Positions 25,457 to 39,330 of a DNA stretch of 64,000 nucleotides are shown here, in pieces (position 1 is the stretch's first letter; the number at the start of each line of letters is the position of its first letter). Origin of the DNA: Piromyces finnis finn (lineage: Eukaryota; Fungi; Neocallimastigomycota); NCBI GenBank assembly GCA_002104945.1, contig MCFH01000091.1, positions 1 through 64,000 of the forward strand, given 5' to 3'. The notes under the pieces are model-generated. The model saw only the letters and a program-made list of their open reading frames with translations. It ran no database searches and was not told where the DNA came from. The translations under genes and the position numbers were made by a program.

Positions 25457-26183
25457 TGTAACAACGCGAGAGACTCAGGTTAGCACAATACTAATTAATT
25501 ATTTTTTGTATTAATAATATATTTTATTAATAATTTGATTATTTAATATTATTAATACAAATTAAACTTAATAATAATTCTAAAGACTAAATTTACATGA
25601 ATTTTATAAATTATTTATATTTACTATTTATAAATATTCTTATTTAATAATTATGAATAAACACCATTCATATTGATTGGTAATTTCAATTATTTAAATA
25701 AAAAAAAAGAAATAAAAATAGACAAATATTATGGATTAAATATAGCAATCGCTATATTTAATCCATAATATATATAACCCTGAGTCGAACACATGACAAG
25801 TAGGTCAGCGTCCAACAACCTGACGGCGAAGCCAGCTTGAGGAACCCCAAAGTATAATTTGTAAGAATTAATAATTATTCAATAAATAATTATTAATTCT
25901 TATTTAATTGTCAAGTATAGAAGACGATTAAAAAATAAATTAAATATTCAAATAAACAATTTTAAAATCAAATTTATATTTCAAAAATTATAAAACACTT
26001 TTAAAAATAATTAAAAAGATCACTTGGAAAAATTTAATATTGAAAAGGGTTATGGATCACAAAAATTTAATTTTCAATATATTAACCCTTAAGAAGAAAA
26101 TGTACTATACGAAACTAGTGATAACTTCTGAATCTCGCGTCCTATTTTCATTTTCTAGAGACTTCAAATTAATTTTATTAGAA

Positions 26184-26731
26184 TTTTTTTTTTTTTAACT
26201 TCCAAGTGCCTTTCTCCCATCGATCAGAGTTAGCTCCAATGGTGGTTCTTAGAGAAACGTTGGTTCATTCCTATTGCTAGGTGGTTGTGATCCTCCTGGT
26301 CTGTCATACTGTTTCTTCAGCTTCGACGCTCACTTAATCCATGTACATTAGATGCATGTCGTTGTACGATATTTCACAACTACAATGCTAAGCCTCTTAT
26401 AGTCAATTTGATCACGTGTCAACCGCCCCCTAATGTTTACACTTAAATTGATTAAGGAATATTATGTGTTTTTGGCATAGCCTAAATCACCACTTATTAA
26501 GTTCTAATTTGGAATGTACCATGTACACTAGACCCTCTCAGGCCGGCTAGACGAGTGTTATTATCATAGTAGTAAATTAGAAAGTTCATTTATACTTACC
26601 TGAATATCATAACCCAACCCATGGCAAACCCAGTGGGAAAATCCACAGGCACTGACATCTGCGGGTCGAACCAGAAGCCTTATGTATGCTAAGGAAACGC
26701 CTTAACAACCAGGATAAAAACTGGAACGACA
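26184..26731 (-). mobile_element. tRNA-headed SINE, family S1, well-preserved copy
   Basis: Head TGTCGTTCCAG...GGTTCGACCC (B-box), A13 tail, 13-bp TSD AATTTTATTAGAA at 26171-26183 and 26732-26744. Confidence 0.88.
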
Positions 26732-28031
26732 AATTTTATTAGAAAGTACTAGTTGAGATCTATATTCTCACAAATTTTCAGCTAATTTAAACCACTAGTT
26801 CTTGAGATATAGCTATTTAAAGAGTTAATTAGTTCCAATAAATATATAATAATATATATTAAAATGATCAACATTAATTTATATAATTAAAGTCATTATT
26901 CTAGTCATCCAACTTTCTATAAATAATTCAATTTAAAAATTCTCCATTATTAATAAATAAGGTTAGATAATAAATATTCTTGATTACAAACCTAATCAAT
27001 TATAAAAATTAATTAATACTTTTTCAAATAATTTTGATTAATAACCTCAATTATAATCAAACCAAAAAAGCCTTTGGATCAAAAATCATTAGTTATAATT
27101 ATTAATTAATTAATCATGAGAATATATAATTAGTATAAGTAATTGTTATTCTCAATTTATAATATTAAATATTTACAATTTAAAATGGTTAAAACAATAC
27201 TTTTATTTTAAAAGTAATTTAAAAGATTAATCTTAAGATCTATCATATGAATTCATATTATTAATATCAATATCAATTATTAATATTTTAATTTAAAATT
27301 ATTTTATTTTTATCTTTATTATTAATATCAATATTAATATCAATGTAATTTTATTATATGTAAGAAAAAAGTATTTAAACAAAGAATTGAAATCAATTTT
27401 GAAATTCTTTGTAAGATTATTAATTATTAATTATTAACTATAATATAACTTAATAAATATTATCTTAATAAATAATTAATTAATAAATAAATTTCATAAT
27501 TAAATTATATTAAAATTTTTATTTTAAATATAAAAACCTATTTAATTTTTAAATTAGTATTATTTAAATTCTTTAATAAGTTCTGAAGAAAAGATTTAAT
27601 AATAAATAAGTTTAATATTTTATTGGTAAATTAAGTTATATTATATAAAACATTCTGACCAAGTTACATACCAATCCTAGCCCACTTTACATTAATTATT
27701 TTTCTAATTATTAAATTAACTAATTATTTAAATTATTAGCATACATTCATTTAAATTACTATAAACATTTATTTATATTAATATTAATTATTCATTTACT
27801 TAATTTAAAATTTATTTAATTATTATATTAATTAATTATTTATTTAATTTAGTAATTTATTTAAAATAATAGTAAACATTCATTTATTTTATTAATTAAT
27901 AATTTTTGTATTACATTTTATAAGAAACATCATGTATTTTATTTTACGTTTGTATTTTATGTGTATGTATCGTATCTTGAAATAACTTATAGAAAAAACT
28001 AGAAGATATAACTAAATATTAAGACAATCGG

Positions 28032-28574
28032 TGTCGTTCCAGTTTCTATCCTGGTTGTTAAGACCCCCGCTTAGCATTCATAAGGCTTCTGGTTCGACCC
28101 CCGCCATTGACAGTTCTTTAGCGATTTTCCTGTTTCAGGTTTGCGCTTAAAGTATAGGGGTTAAAGGTCAATTCAGGTAAGTATAACTATACCACCGGAC
28201 TCTACCCTAAGCAGTTAATTCAGATTGGTAGTTTTCTCCGTATCAAGCGGTTTTCCCACTGAAGTTTAGAGTATATGTAGGAAGGGGTATCAATTAATTC
28301 ACAGATTACTAACTATGGTCTTTGAGGGTTGTTCTCATCGTTAATCATCCTTCCCCAATAAAGGTTCAGGAGATCACTGGTGTTGGTAGCTCGGTCTTTG
28401 TGTGATAGGATCGTTAAGAGCAATAAGCCATTCCATATTAGCCCTGCCCAGAGGGATGATTGTGCCGACGTCGTTCTGATATGGCAATGTACAATAATGT
28501 ACAATCACATACCATATATAACTCAGGGGGGTTAGATGAGGATATATGGAAGTCTAAAAAAAAAAAAAAAAAAA
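28032..28574 (+). mobile_element. tRNA-headed SINE, family S2
   Basis: Near-identical ~70-nt head to S1 with an unrelated body and a ~19-nt poly(A). 14-bp TSD ATTAAGACAATCGG at 28018-28031 and 28575-28588. Single-copy empty site in D1 at 11795-11808. Confidence 0.9.
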
Positions 28575-31500
28575 TTAAGACAATCGGATATTAAGGTTTT
28601 TCCGAATTTTATTCGGTTTTACTTAATATTACGATGATTGATATATTAGTTATCAATCGAATATCTTTTTAGGTTTTTCTTCTAGTCTTTTCCTAAAAAG
28701 ATTATTTGTTAAGATTAGAAATTCTTTATTAAACTTTAAATTATTAAAAAATTATAAATAAAAGAACTCTGGAATTACACTAAAGAATCCAGAGTTATTA
28801 TTATAAGAACTATTATAATAAATAACCTTTATTAAAAAAACAATATTAATAAACATTTTAAATTAAACAACATTAAATTTTTGTGTTGTTTATTATATTT
28901 CCTTATAATAAACTCTTGTTAAGATAAGTATAAAATTTTATTTTAACTTCTCAGTTTAATAATACTAATTATTATTAAATTGTAGATAATAATTATTACA
29001 TAATTTCTTGAAAAAGGTTCAAAACCTTTATACGTTACATCCTAGTCATATTGGTCTGTTGCACTATTTCTTCATCTTAGTTGTTGCTTCAAATTTTTTA
29101 AACATTAACAATTGTTGATCAATAACATAATAAGTTAATAAATAATACATAGAATTAATTCAATTTTGAGATTGTTAATATAAAAAAAATTTCATTTTTT
29201 ACACTCAATTATATCAGTTATACATTCTAATTATCGCTATATAGAAATATTTTAATACTTTTTAATAGCAATTTATAAAATATAAAATTTTTAATTATAT
29301 GATAAAATTATTTAATTATAGTCAAATTCAGTAATTAAATTTTTTTTATTATTAATGTTAGAAATCTTTAAATATGGTTTTATATTTGTAAACTTTATTA
29401 ATATTAATAAATAGAAGAAATTGCATCAATGATTATAAATATATTTATAACATTGATTTAATGGAAATATCTGAATAAATTTATACTATAAAATATAGCT
29501 AATTATATTGCTAAAAGCTATTGTTTATGAAGATTCTTAAAACAAATAAATTACTAATATATTTCTAATTATTAATACATTGTTATTTTTTTTTCAATCT
29601 ATTCTAATATCTTCCCTTAAACCTAATCATTTGCTAAATAATTTTTGTTTATTGTTGAAATATTATTAATTTTTTTCTATACTAAACTAATTTCTAGATA
29701 TTAAATTTCTAATTCTAACATTTAATATAATTTAATAAAATAAAATATATATATATATTATAATTTCATTTAATAATAATATCAATTAGTTTTTATATAT
29801 ATTGTAAAGATAAATGCTCGACGATATATTACTCTTTAAGAATATTACCTAGTAACCCTAAACTTATATGTTATTTGAAATTTTTAAAATAAAATTCTCT
29901 TCTTTTAGTTTAAACAAATTAACATCATTTCATAGATTAAATACTCGTTTAATTTTACATCATCTTATTTAACTATTGATTATTCATACAACTTTATGCT
30001 ATATACTTTTATTTAAGTATTTACTATTATCATGATTTATCTTTTAAATATTTGCTTTATAGTAAAATAACTGCTAATAGGTATTTATTTTATAATAACT
30101 TATGATATTTTTACTTTCAATTAATGTAAAAGATTAAGTTATTATTTCAGTTTATGTTTCATTTTGATTTTCTTTTGTATTTTATGTTACTGCTTCATAA
30201 GTATGTAAATAAATTATATTCTAATTATTAATAATAAGTTTTTATATTCTTTATAATAACTTTAAAATTTTAATATTTTACTCAATGTCTACTCATTATG
30301 GACCAAAAAGAAGGGGAAAAGATATTATCAATATTGAATTTATAACTTCTTATGGTTAAACCTCATTCTTGAACCTATCACAGTTGTTAATTCATTATTT
30401 TTAAGAATATTTGTAATTTTTTCTTTTTATGAGAATTTCTATCTCTACTAGTATATCATAAATGTTATCTAACATAATCATTTCTGTAATAAACTGTTTC
30501 TTTTCCGCTTGTCCTATTTTCCATTATCATCTAATAACAGAAGAAAAATAATATTTAATAATAAAATTTATATATTAAGTTTTTTTTTTACAAAGTAATT
30601 TATATAGACTACTATTTATATTACCTGTTATTAATAATACCTATAAAGATGAAGTAATTTAAATTTTAAATTAAAATTTCATTATTTATTTTCGAATTAT
30701 AAATTTAAATTACTTTTTTCTAAATTTAAAATATTTTGTCTATTTTTCTGGATTTTAACATTTAAATTTAAAAAACTGAATTTAAATTTTTAAAGTGTAG
30801 AGACTTAAACTGTCTTATTGAAATTTTATTTTCATTAAGATTAAAATCTTATTTCAAAAGAAGTATTGTATTCAATCAAGTAATATATTTAGATGATTTT
30901 GCATTTACAAAAATTTTGAGATTTAATTTGAATTATTAATTACTAGTTTTTATATATTATACATTATTAATTGTTTTTCTAAAATATTTTTAGAATTTAT
31001 ATGTAAATCATATATTAATTTCTAATAAAATGTACAAAGTATAATATATTAATGTAAAAGAATCAATACAAAAAATATGTAATAATGGAAAAGGTTAAGA
31101 ATCACAAAATTTTATTTTTGAATAAACTAATCCTTAAGATAAGTTTTTATTATTCTTAGAAAATATTTTTACAATCATTTATTCTATATTAAGATTATTA
31201 TAAAAATAACCTACAATTACACTAGTAAACTATAGTGAATTCTTAAAAAAATTTAGATAATTCTAACGTCTATTCCATTGTGTATTATTTAAAGATTAAA
31301 TTATATTAAATTTTTGTATATTATATGATTAATAATAATATATATTTAATATTTAAAACATTACAAAATTCAATTAAATATTAAATATTATAATTACAAG
31401 ACCTTTATAATTTTAAAATATTGATTTCAATTTCAATAAAAAATATACTTATAAAATATATTACAATTTTAAAAATACTATAACAGTTTTATAATGAAAA

Positions 31501-34500
31501 TAGTTAAATGAAAGTATTATAAATGAATAAAAGATATTTTAATAATTTTATTTCAATAATATTATTAACTAATATATATATTTTAAATGAAGAAATATAA
31601 CAGGTTTTGATGTTTAATAAACCATTTAAAATATACTTAATCTAAATATAAAGGCCTAAATTCAATTATTTTTTATTTTATTTATTAAAACTCAATAAAT
31701 TTGATTTTATAATTATGACATCTTTAATAATTAAATATAGTAAAAAAATCCTTTAATAAGGATTTATAGTTTTATATCAAGTCAACTTCATTAATATTTT
31801 ATGATAAAGAAATACTATATAAATACTTTACTGTTCTTTAAAATCAATACATATATTTATATTGTGGCTTATATAATTAATGTAATAAAATACTTTTCAA
31901 TTTATTTTACAAATTCCAATAAAATAGTTACTAAGAATTATTTAATTTTATAATTCTATATTCTTATATTGTGGCATATAAAATACATACAACATAATGT
32001 ATATAATATATTCTTATGCATTTAATGTATATTACATATTTAAATATTATGTATAAAGATTTAAATATTTTATTTTTTATTATATAAATATATACATTTT
32101 AAAAATTGTGGTATTTATAATATATTAAAATAAGAAAAATTTAATAATAATAAAAAAAAATTCCAGCTAAACAATTGTAATTCTTTTAATCAAAAATAGA
32201 TCTTTTTTAAATTCCAAATGTAATAATTAATTTATGTATCGTCAATGTATAAATGGGTTATATTATATTGTTATCAATTTCAAAATGAAAAAATATAAAT
32301 AACAATAAAATTATTTTGTGGCTTTTTTTGAGTAAGTTAATATTTCTTGTTTTTATAAGCATTTATATTTATTGTTTTGAAAAAGTTGGAAATCATTTTA
32401 AAGTAAATTATAAAAATCAGATTAATTAACACATTTTTAAAAATAATAAGATTTGGAATTATTTTAGGATATATACATTATTATGGTAGAACCTTTGTAG
32501 AAAATATAGTTAATAATGTCAAAAAGATTCTTGAAATAATTGATGAAAAAGATAATTACTTGGAACATATATATAAAGAATTTTATCAAATGATTCTAAT
32601 AACATGAAAGATTCAATATTCTATTTTCCTACAAAACTTAATCCGATTTCTTCTATTATACTGATATAAATGTAACATTTAGAAGGAAATAATCAGTTAT
32701 TAAATTTCTAAATAACAAAATTTTAGAAGGATCCGTTTCAGTTTATTTATTTTTAAAAAATTAGTACGTGATTTATAAATAATTAACAGAGAATCACATT
32801 ATATTCCATTACTTGACTAAAATAGAAATAAACATAGGATTATTCAAAAGGATTTTATTAATAGAATACGATTAATTGTAAAAGTTTACATAGTTATATA
32901 AATTTCATATTTATATTCTATTTAAAAAATTTGTATATTTCATCATTATCATCAAAATATAAAATATTGCAGAATAGATATTACAATATTTTTTTTTAAA
33001 AAAAGGCAGAAAAATTCGAATTGTTTTATCATTTACTTATTCAATTACATTATAAAATTTGGAAGATAAACAATAAAATAAATTGAATATCATTTTCAAC
33101 AACAACAACAACAATAATAATGATTATAATAATAAAATTTAAAACAATATAAATTATTTAGTGTGATTAAATCTTTTATTAGAAAGGATACAAAATGAAA
33201 TCAATAAAAGATTAATATTATTATGTAAATGAATACTTGAGAAACTAAAGCTTTAATTAAATTGTGATATATTCATCCATTGTTTACTATCGTCTATTAC
33301 TAAGGGTGCTAAGTTAAAGTAATCAAAATAATTGATTTAATTTATTTGGTTTATTATCTTTATTTGAAAATTGTTATTTATAGTGTTGAATATAGGTTAA
33401 TGGAATATTAAGTTATATCCATATTACGCAATACAATCTTAAGATCAAGATTCAATTATTATTATAAAATCTGCTTAAATAATTTTATCAATAATTGCAG
33501 AAGCGATAATAGTTATGACAATGATAATAATAACAATAGAAATAAAAATATAAATATAAGTAATAATAATATTAAAGATAATAATAATAGTAATAAGCAA
33601 TAATGTTAAAAGTAATAGTATTAATTAAAGTTATGATATCAATTCTATATATTTTATTTAAAAAATGGTCAATATTCAGAAAATTTAAAGAGACAAAATA
33701 GTTAATGTTAAAGAAATAATAAAAAGAGATGGCTAAGGTCAAGATAAATGATGATAATAATAATTTTGAAAATAAGAAATAGAAAATGTTTCATTATACA
33801 ATATATTAACACTTTTTTTATTATTAATATATACAAATTAATTTTAAATTATAATCATTTATCATGACATTTAAAACAAATTTTATTATAATAATTAAGT
33901 ATGAAAAAACAAAAATTTTTATTAAATTACATTTAAGTTTCATGGCTTTAATATATACGATTTACATGCTATTGAAAATAAAAAAAAAAATAAAAATTAG
34001 ATGTTAAAGTTGCTAATTTAGATAATTATTTTTTCCCAAATTATTTTACATATATTATGAATAGGGCAAATCAAAATATTTAACTATTACAAAAATAATG
34101 TCTCTTATTTTTTAATATCCATAATAATCATTATATTTTAATATATTTTTTATAATTTATTAAATATTAACTTACATAATATACATAATATTAATATGCT
34201 TTTGTATAATTATTTAAAGATTTTTTATTTTTTTTAGCAAAATATTTTAATAATAAATATATCAAGAAGAAGAAGGAAATCAAATGAAATATTTATATAC
34301 TAAATTATTTTCAGTCACTTATTAAGAGTTAAAAATTTTAAATTCATTGTTTGAATTTCTTATTAGGTTATGTATTATATTATTGATTACGTTCCTTCGT
34401 TCCTTCTTGGTGGAACTTTCGCTTATGATATACTATAAATCAATAAGGTGGAACAAAGATATTTAAGTGAACAGCTTTACAGTTCATCGGGGTTTCATGT

Positions 34501-36438
34501 TTCATATGTAGAGAGTTTCGCAGTTTTTTCTACTAAAACAATTCTTATCATTAATAGACCAATGAAACTACTTTTTGATAAGTTTAGTAAGAAACCTAAC
34601 ATAATCAAGAACGCCGAAGTCTTTCCAATATTAATATTTCTTCGAATGAAAGCCTAAAGAACTCATAAGAGAGTTTAATGGATACCATACTATAATACCT
34701 GATATTCTCTTTTTTTATTTCAATTAGTTTATTAGGTAGAGTCCATTTCCACATAGTAAAATTTAAAGAATTAATTGAACTTTTATGCAATATTATTTTA
34801 AATTTTTATTTTTATATTTATATATATACTTTATTATTTTTATTTAATATTTATTATATTAATGTGTATTATTACTTAATGTAAAATCACAAATTAAATA
34901 ATAAATGCAAGAAGTATATTATCTTCCTAGTATTTGTATTGTATATTGTATATTCATTTCAAATAAATAAGTAACTAACTAACTAACTAACTAACTAAAT
35001 AAATAAATTTAAAATATATTTTAAAAAAATTAAAAAATTTAGGAGAGATAATAGAAAGATCAATTTATTATTCATAGCAATTAAAAACAGATTTTATAAA
35101 TGTTTTAAGTGATTTGTTGATTATATTAAAAGGATATCTTAAAAATAAATAATTCAAAAAAAAAATATATATATTTTATTTTATATTAATAAATCCGTAT
35201 GATAATTATTTTTTAAAATAAAAATATAATAAAAAAGTAATAAAATGAAGTTTTTTATTCATGTTAACGTTCAAATATTAAAAAACATTTTGATCTAATT
35301 TTTTTAATGATTGAATAATTAAATAAAAAAATGAAAAAAAAAAAAAAGATAGCTAAAAATTAGTATACAATTTTAAATATTTAGGAATATTATTGATTTT
35401 TATTGAATAATACTTTATTTAAATTGATAAAAATATAGTAATAAACATATTATTTTTATTTTGAGATCTTAATATATATAGTTTTTCTACTATCATTTTT
35501 TATTTTTCTTCTCAATAGTTGAATATAATATTTTTAGAGGTGGAATAAAATAATAATAATATGTAAAGAAAACATAAATTAATAAATTTATTATTTCAAT
35601 ATATACACGTGACACAAAACAAGATTAGAGATGTAATTTACATTAAAAGAAAATATAAATTCCTAGACTTTACCTTAAAAAATAGTTAAAAAACTCATAA
35701 AGAATTAAAAATATATACATAATTTCCAGTTTTGAAATTAATAAATGATTTTTAAATTTAATTTTACATTTCATTTGAATATTTTCTTATAGTAAAGTTA
35801 AATATAAAGTTATAACAAAATAAAAATAAAAGTGAAATACTTTTTTTTTTAAAAAAAATTTTCAAAAAATTTACATAATTAAATAATACTATATTTAAAT
35901 TTAAAAATAATAATAAAAAAAGTTATTTAATATTAAAATATATTAAAATTATAAAAAATATTTTTTTAAACTATTTACAAATTTGAATTATGATATAAAT
36001 GAAAATTATATATAAATAAAATAATAAAAATAAGCTATAAAATTTTTAAATAATTTTAAAGACAAAGTATTCAAGTTATATATTTTAAAAGCAGTAAATT
36101 ATATTAATAAATAATTTTTTAATCAGTTATGTTTTTTTGGAAGTTTTATTTTTATTTATTAATTTTATTTTAAATTCTTTATTTCAATTTTTTTAATTAC
36201 TACATTAAATATATTTTGAAAAATAAATTTAATATAAATATATCTTTTTATTTAAAATTTACTATCATATATAAATTATAAATAAAAATAATTAACATTT
36301 TATAATGAGCTTACTTAAAGACAATGACCATAGTTTTTTTGACAACCCACGCCACAATGATCATTTGTTTTTCCACAAATTCCTTCATAAGAACAACAAT
36401 ATCCTGAATGGCAATTTCCATAATTAAATCCACACAAG

Positions 36439-38154
36439 TTATTTTTTAGAATTGCTTGTTATAATATTACATTTACCATACTCAACTTGACATCCATTGC
36501 TGGTTTTGCATAAATCGTTACTATGATTATAACATTTTCCATTTGCACCACAACATTGATTGTTTTCACAAGATTGATTTCCCGAATTAATTCCACATCC
36601 GTAATAAATATAGTCTTTTGAATATACAACATGCTTTCCATTATTAATGAATAAATTAGGTCCTTCTTTAATTCCATTAATAATATTCTTTAAACCCAAT
36701 TTATTCAAATAATTTAGAACAGTCGTATAATTAAATTTTACATCATTATTCTCACTCATAATTGTTGCAATCACACCTGCTACAATTGGTGCTGAAAAGG
36801 ATGTACCTCTATTGACTATTGTTCTACATTTATTATTAACATTACAATAATCATATTTAACATAATATGGCGCATAAATATTTACAAATTCTCCATAATT
36901 TGAGTTCTTTGCTTTTCTATAATATTTATTATTCATAATATTAGTAGAGGCCTCGCTCATCGAAATGTCATATTTATGGTCACCACCAACATTATCAATC
37001 CCACCTACACAAATTACATTTTTATAGAAGCATGGATATTTTACTAAGTTTTTTTCTTTATCATAAACATTTACTCCTTCATTTCCTGCGGAAACAACTG
37101 TAATTATGCTCTTGCTTGAAAACCTTCCAATAAATTCTTCAATATATTTAAATATATTAATAGAATTACTTTGTTTTCCATTTAATTCGTAGTTACCTCC
37201 AAAAGTCATAATAATAATACCTTTATTATTTCTACATATTGATAAAATGTATCTAAGAGATTCAATAATATTAACGTCATTGATTTTATTAATTAAAATC
37301 CCATATATATTGGATAAACTAGCAACCCCATGATTTATCCAGCCGCTACTGAAGCAACTCCTGTACCATGATTATTTTGATTTAATGAAGAAAAACAAAA
37401 TTTCGAAGATTTTGTTATTTTTCTATCGCCGTCTGTAATGTTTATTGCACATTTTACAATGCGTTTTTCTATATTTGAAAAATCTTTAGTTCTAAAATCG
37501 AAACTTGTATCTAATATGAAAATGTCAATGCCTTCTCCTGATGATTCAGGATAATAATAGTTTGTATCATATTTATTTATTAATTTTTCATTAAACATGC
37601 CTTGAGATATTAATGATAAATGTAAATCTGTATTCTTTTTTATACTAATATTATTCCATCGTGTTTCTAATAAAATGTCAGATTTGCTATAATATGAATG
37701 CGACTGATATTCCATATTCCTTTCACAACTAATTACGAAAGGAAATGATTTTATAATGTCAACTAAATTATTAAAAAGATAAGCAAAGAATACTGATGTT
37801 TCACTAGAGTTGCTTTCCATAAGTTGAATATTCATTAATATTTATACTGTTTTCTCTTTTTTTTAATGAGTGTAGTTTAGATATTTTTTCTAATTTTTCT
37901 TGGTTTTTATATGTATTTGATTTTTTTTCTATCAAGCAATCAAGAGTATTCATGAATTCCTCAATGAATTCATTATGCTCTTGTTGCTTGTTAAAATACT
38001 TATTTGAATGACTATTACCTAAATATGTATTATTAACATAAATTAAATAATAATCGTCTTCTTTATATTCGGTAATTTCATTGCTACAAAATATAAATTT
38101 GTAGAATAATATTAATACAATATTAATAACTATTAATTTCAAATTAACAAGCAT
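36439..38154 (-). pseudogene. Secreted S8 subtilisin-like protease with C-terminal CBM18, split by two frameshifts (pseudogene or assembly error)
   Basis: Signal-like N-terminus, catalytic DIFILDTS / NHGTGVASVAAG / GTSFSAPIVAG, oxyanion SAGN, and CBM18-like CGINSGNQSCENNQCCGANGKC...GCQVEYGKC. Frame breaks at about 37835 and 37333. Confidence 0.85.
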
Positions 38155-38489
38155 TCCTTTATTATTTTAAAGGAGGAAAGATATTATTTTATGCTATAAT
38201 CTAATATTTTTATAACTTTTATTATATAATAAATTTAATGTAAATTAAACCTTTCATTATATAATAAATTCTAGATTTGTACATTAAAGTAAATTGATGG
38301 CTAAAATATAATTATATATTAATTATATTAATATAAATAAATATTTATATTTTGTTTTAAATATTATAGAAAGCATAAAAATTCAAATTACGGAAAAGGT
38401 GTAAATATATTATTTATAAAATATTTAATCCAATGGTTTTATTTCCAAATATTAATAAATTAAAAGATTTAATTTGACCATATATATAT

Positions 38490-39330
38490 AATGAATATAT
38501 AGAAGATGAGAATGGAAATTACCCAGGTATAATAAATCATTCAAATTGGGATTTATACTCTTATGAATTATGGGATGCTAATTCAGAATTTACTACAGTT
38601 AATAATCCACAATGGAATATATCTTCTGAATAAAATATTGGATTCTCAAAAATATAAATTTTTATGTTCATATTATAAAATGGAATGTGATAATAAATAT
38701 ATTAATGAAATATATACTTATACTATTAATAAGAATGTTGAATATAAAGGAAATTATAATCGTTCAGACGTTGCTATTGAATATGAAAATTATATAGAAG
38801 ATAAAAGATGTGGAGCACAATATTGTAATATTAAATGTAACTATAATAAATGTTGTAGTAAATATGGATATTATGGGGAAAGTAAAAAATACTGTGACAG
38901 TGATAATGGATGCCAATTTGAATTTGGTAATTGTATTCAATATAACAATAAAAATAATAATTTAATTATTTCAATACCATTTAGTATTAAAGAAAGTTTA
39001 AATAAAACTTTAATTTATTACAAAAATATTACCGAGATATTAGCCATAACAGAAATTAGTATTACAACTAAAATTAAATATAGCAAATATTATAATGAAT
39101 GTTTAGGTGAAAATTATTATTTTGGAGTTAATGAATTAAAAAATTTTAATTTAATTAAGGCAAAATATTGTGGAAATAATAAATCACTCAGTAAATATAT
39201 TAATTGTTTAATAAAAAATGAAAACAATCCTTTATATATATGTATTTAGTAAATAATAATGGAAGTTCATCTGACTATTGTTTAAATATTAGTAAAGAAA
39301 GAAGTAATAAATCATATTATTTAACTATAA
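38490..39330 (+). pseudogene. Degenerate CBM18-containing gene
   Basis: RCGAQYCNIKCNYNKCCSKYGYYGESKKYCDSDNGCQFEFGNC. Coding-like frames upstream (WDLYSYELWDANSEF) and downstream (SSDYCLNIS) are out of frame or stopped. Confidence 0.6.

Larger units (their letters stand above)
25860..29000. mobile_element. Element D copy D2 (about 2.0 kb core plus two SINEs), nested in the 5' LTR of element B
   Basis: TGTAAGAA...ATTACA termini. Perfect TSD TAATT at 25855-25859 and 29001-29005. The LTR B sequence resumes exactly at 29006. Confidence 0.9.
20443..29039 (-). mobile_element. Degenerate Ty3/Gypsy chromovirus (element B) whose 5' LTR is split by a nested insertion
   Basis: 3' LTR 20443-20877; 5' LTR 25457-25859 plus 29006-29039 (about 90% alike by eye). 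PPT AGAAGGAGGGCAT at 20878-20890. Flanking TCCT repeated at 20439-20442 and 29040-29043 (ATCCT if the terminal A is shared). Confidence 0.92.

Noticed and set aside
25488-25496. Alternative 9-nt self-priming site close to the LTR B end
   Set aside because: Present only in the 5' LTR and would leave about 40 nt of R-U5; the 11-nt site at 20557/25571 fits better.
20443-25859. RIP-like mutational bias between the element B LTRs
   Set aside because: Differences run in both directions and include transversions and indels; no clear dinucleotide bias by eye. A formal RIP index is needed.
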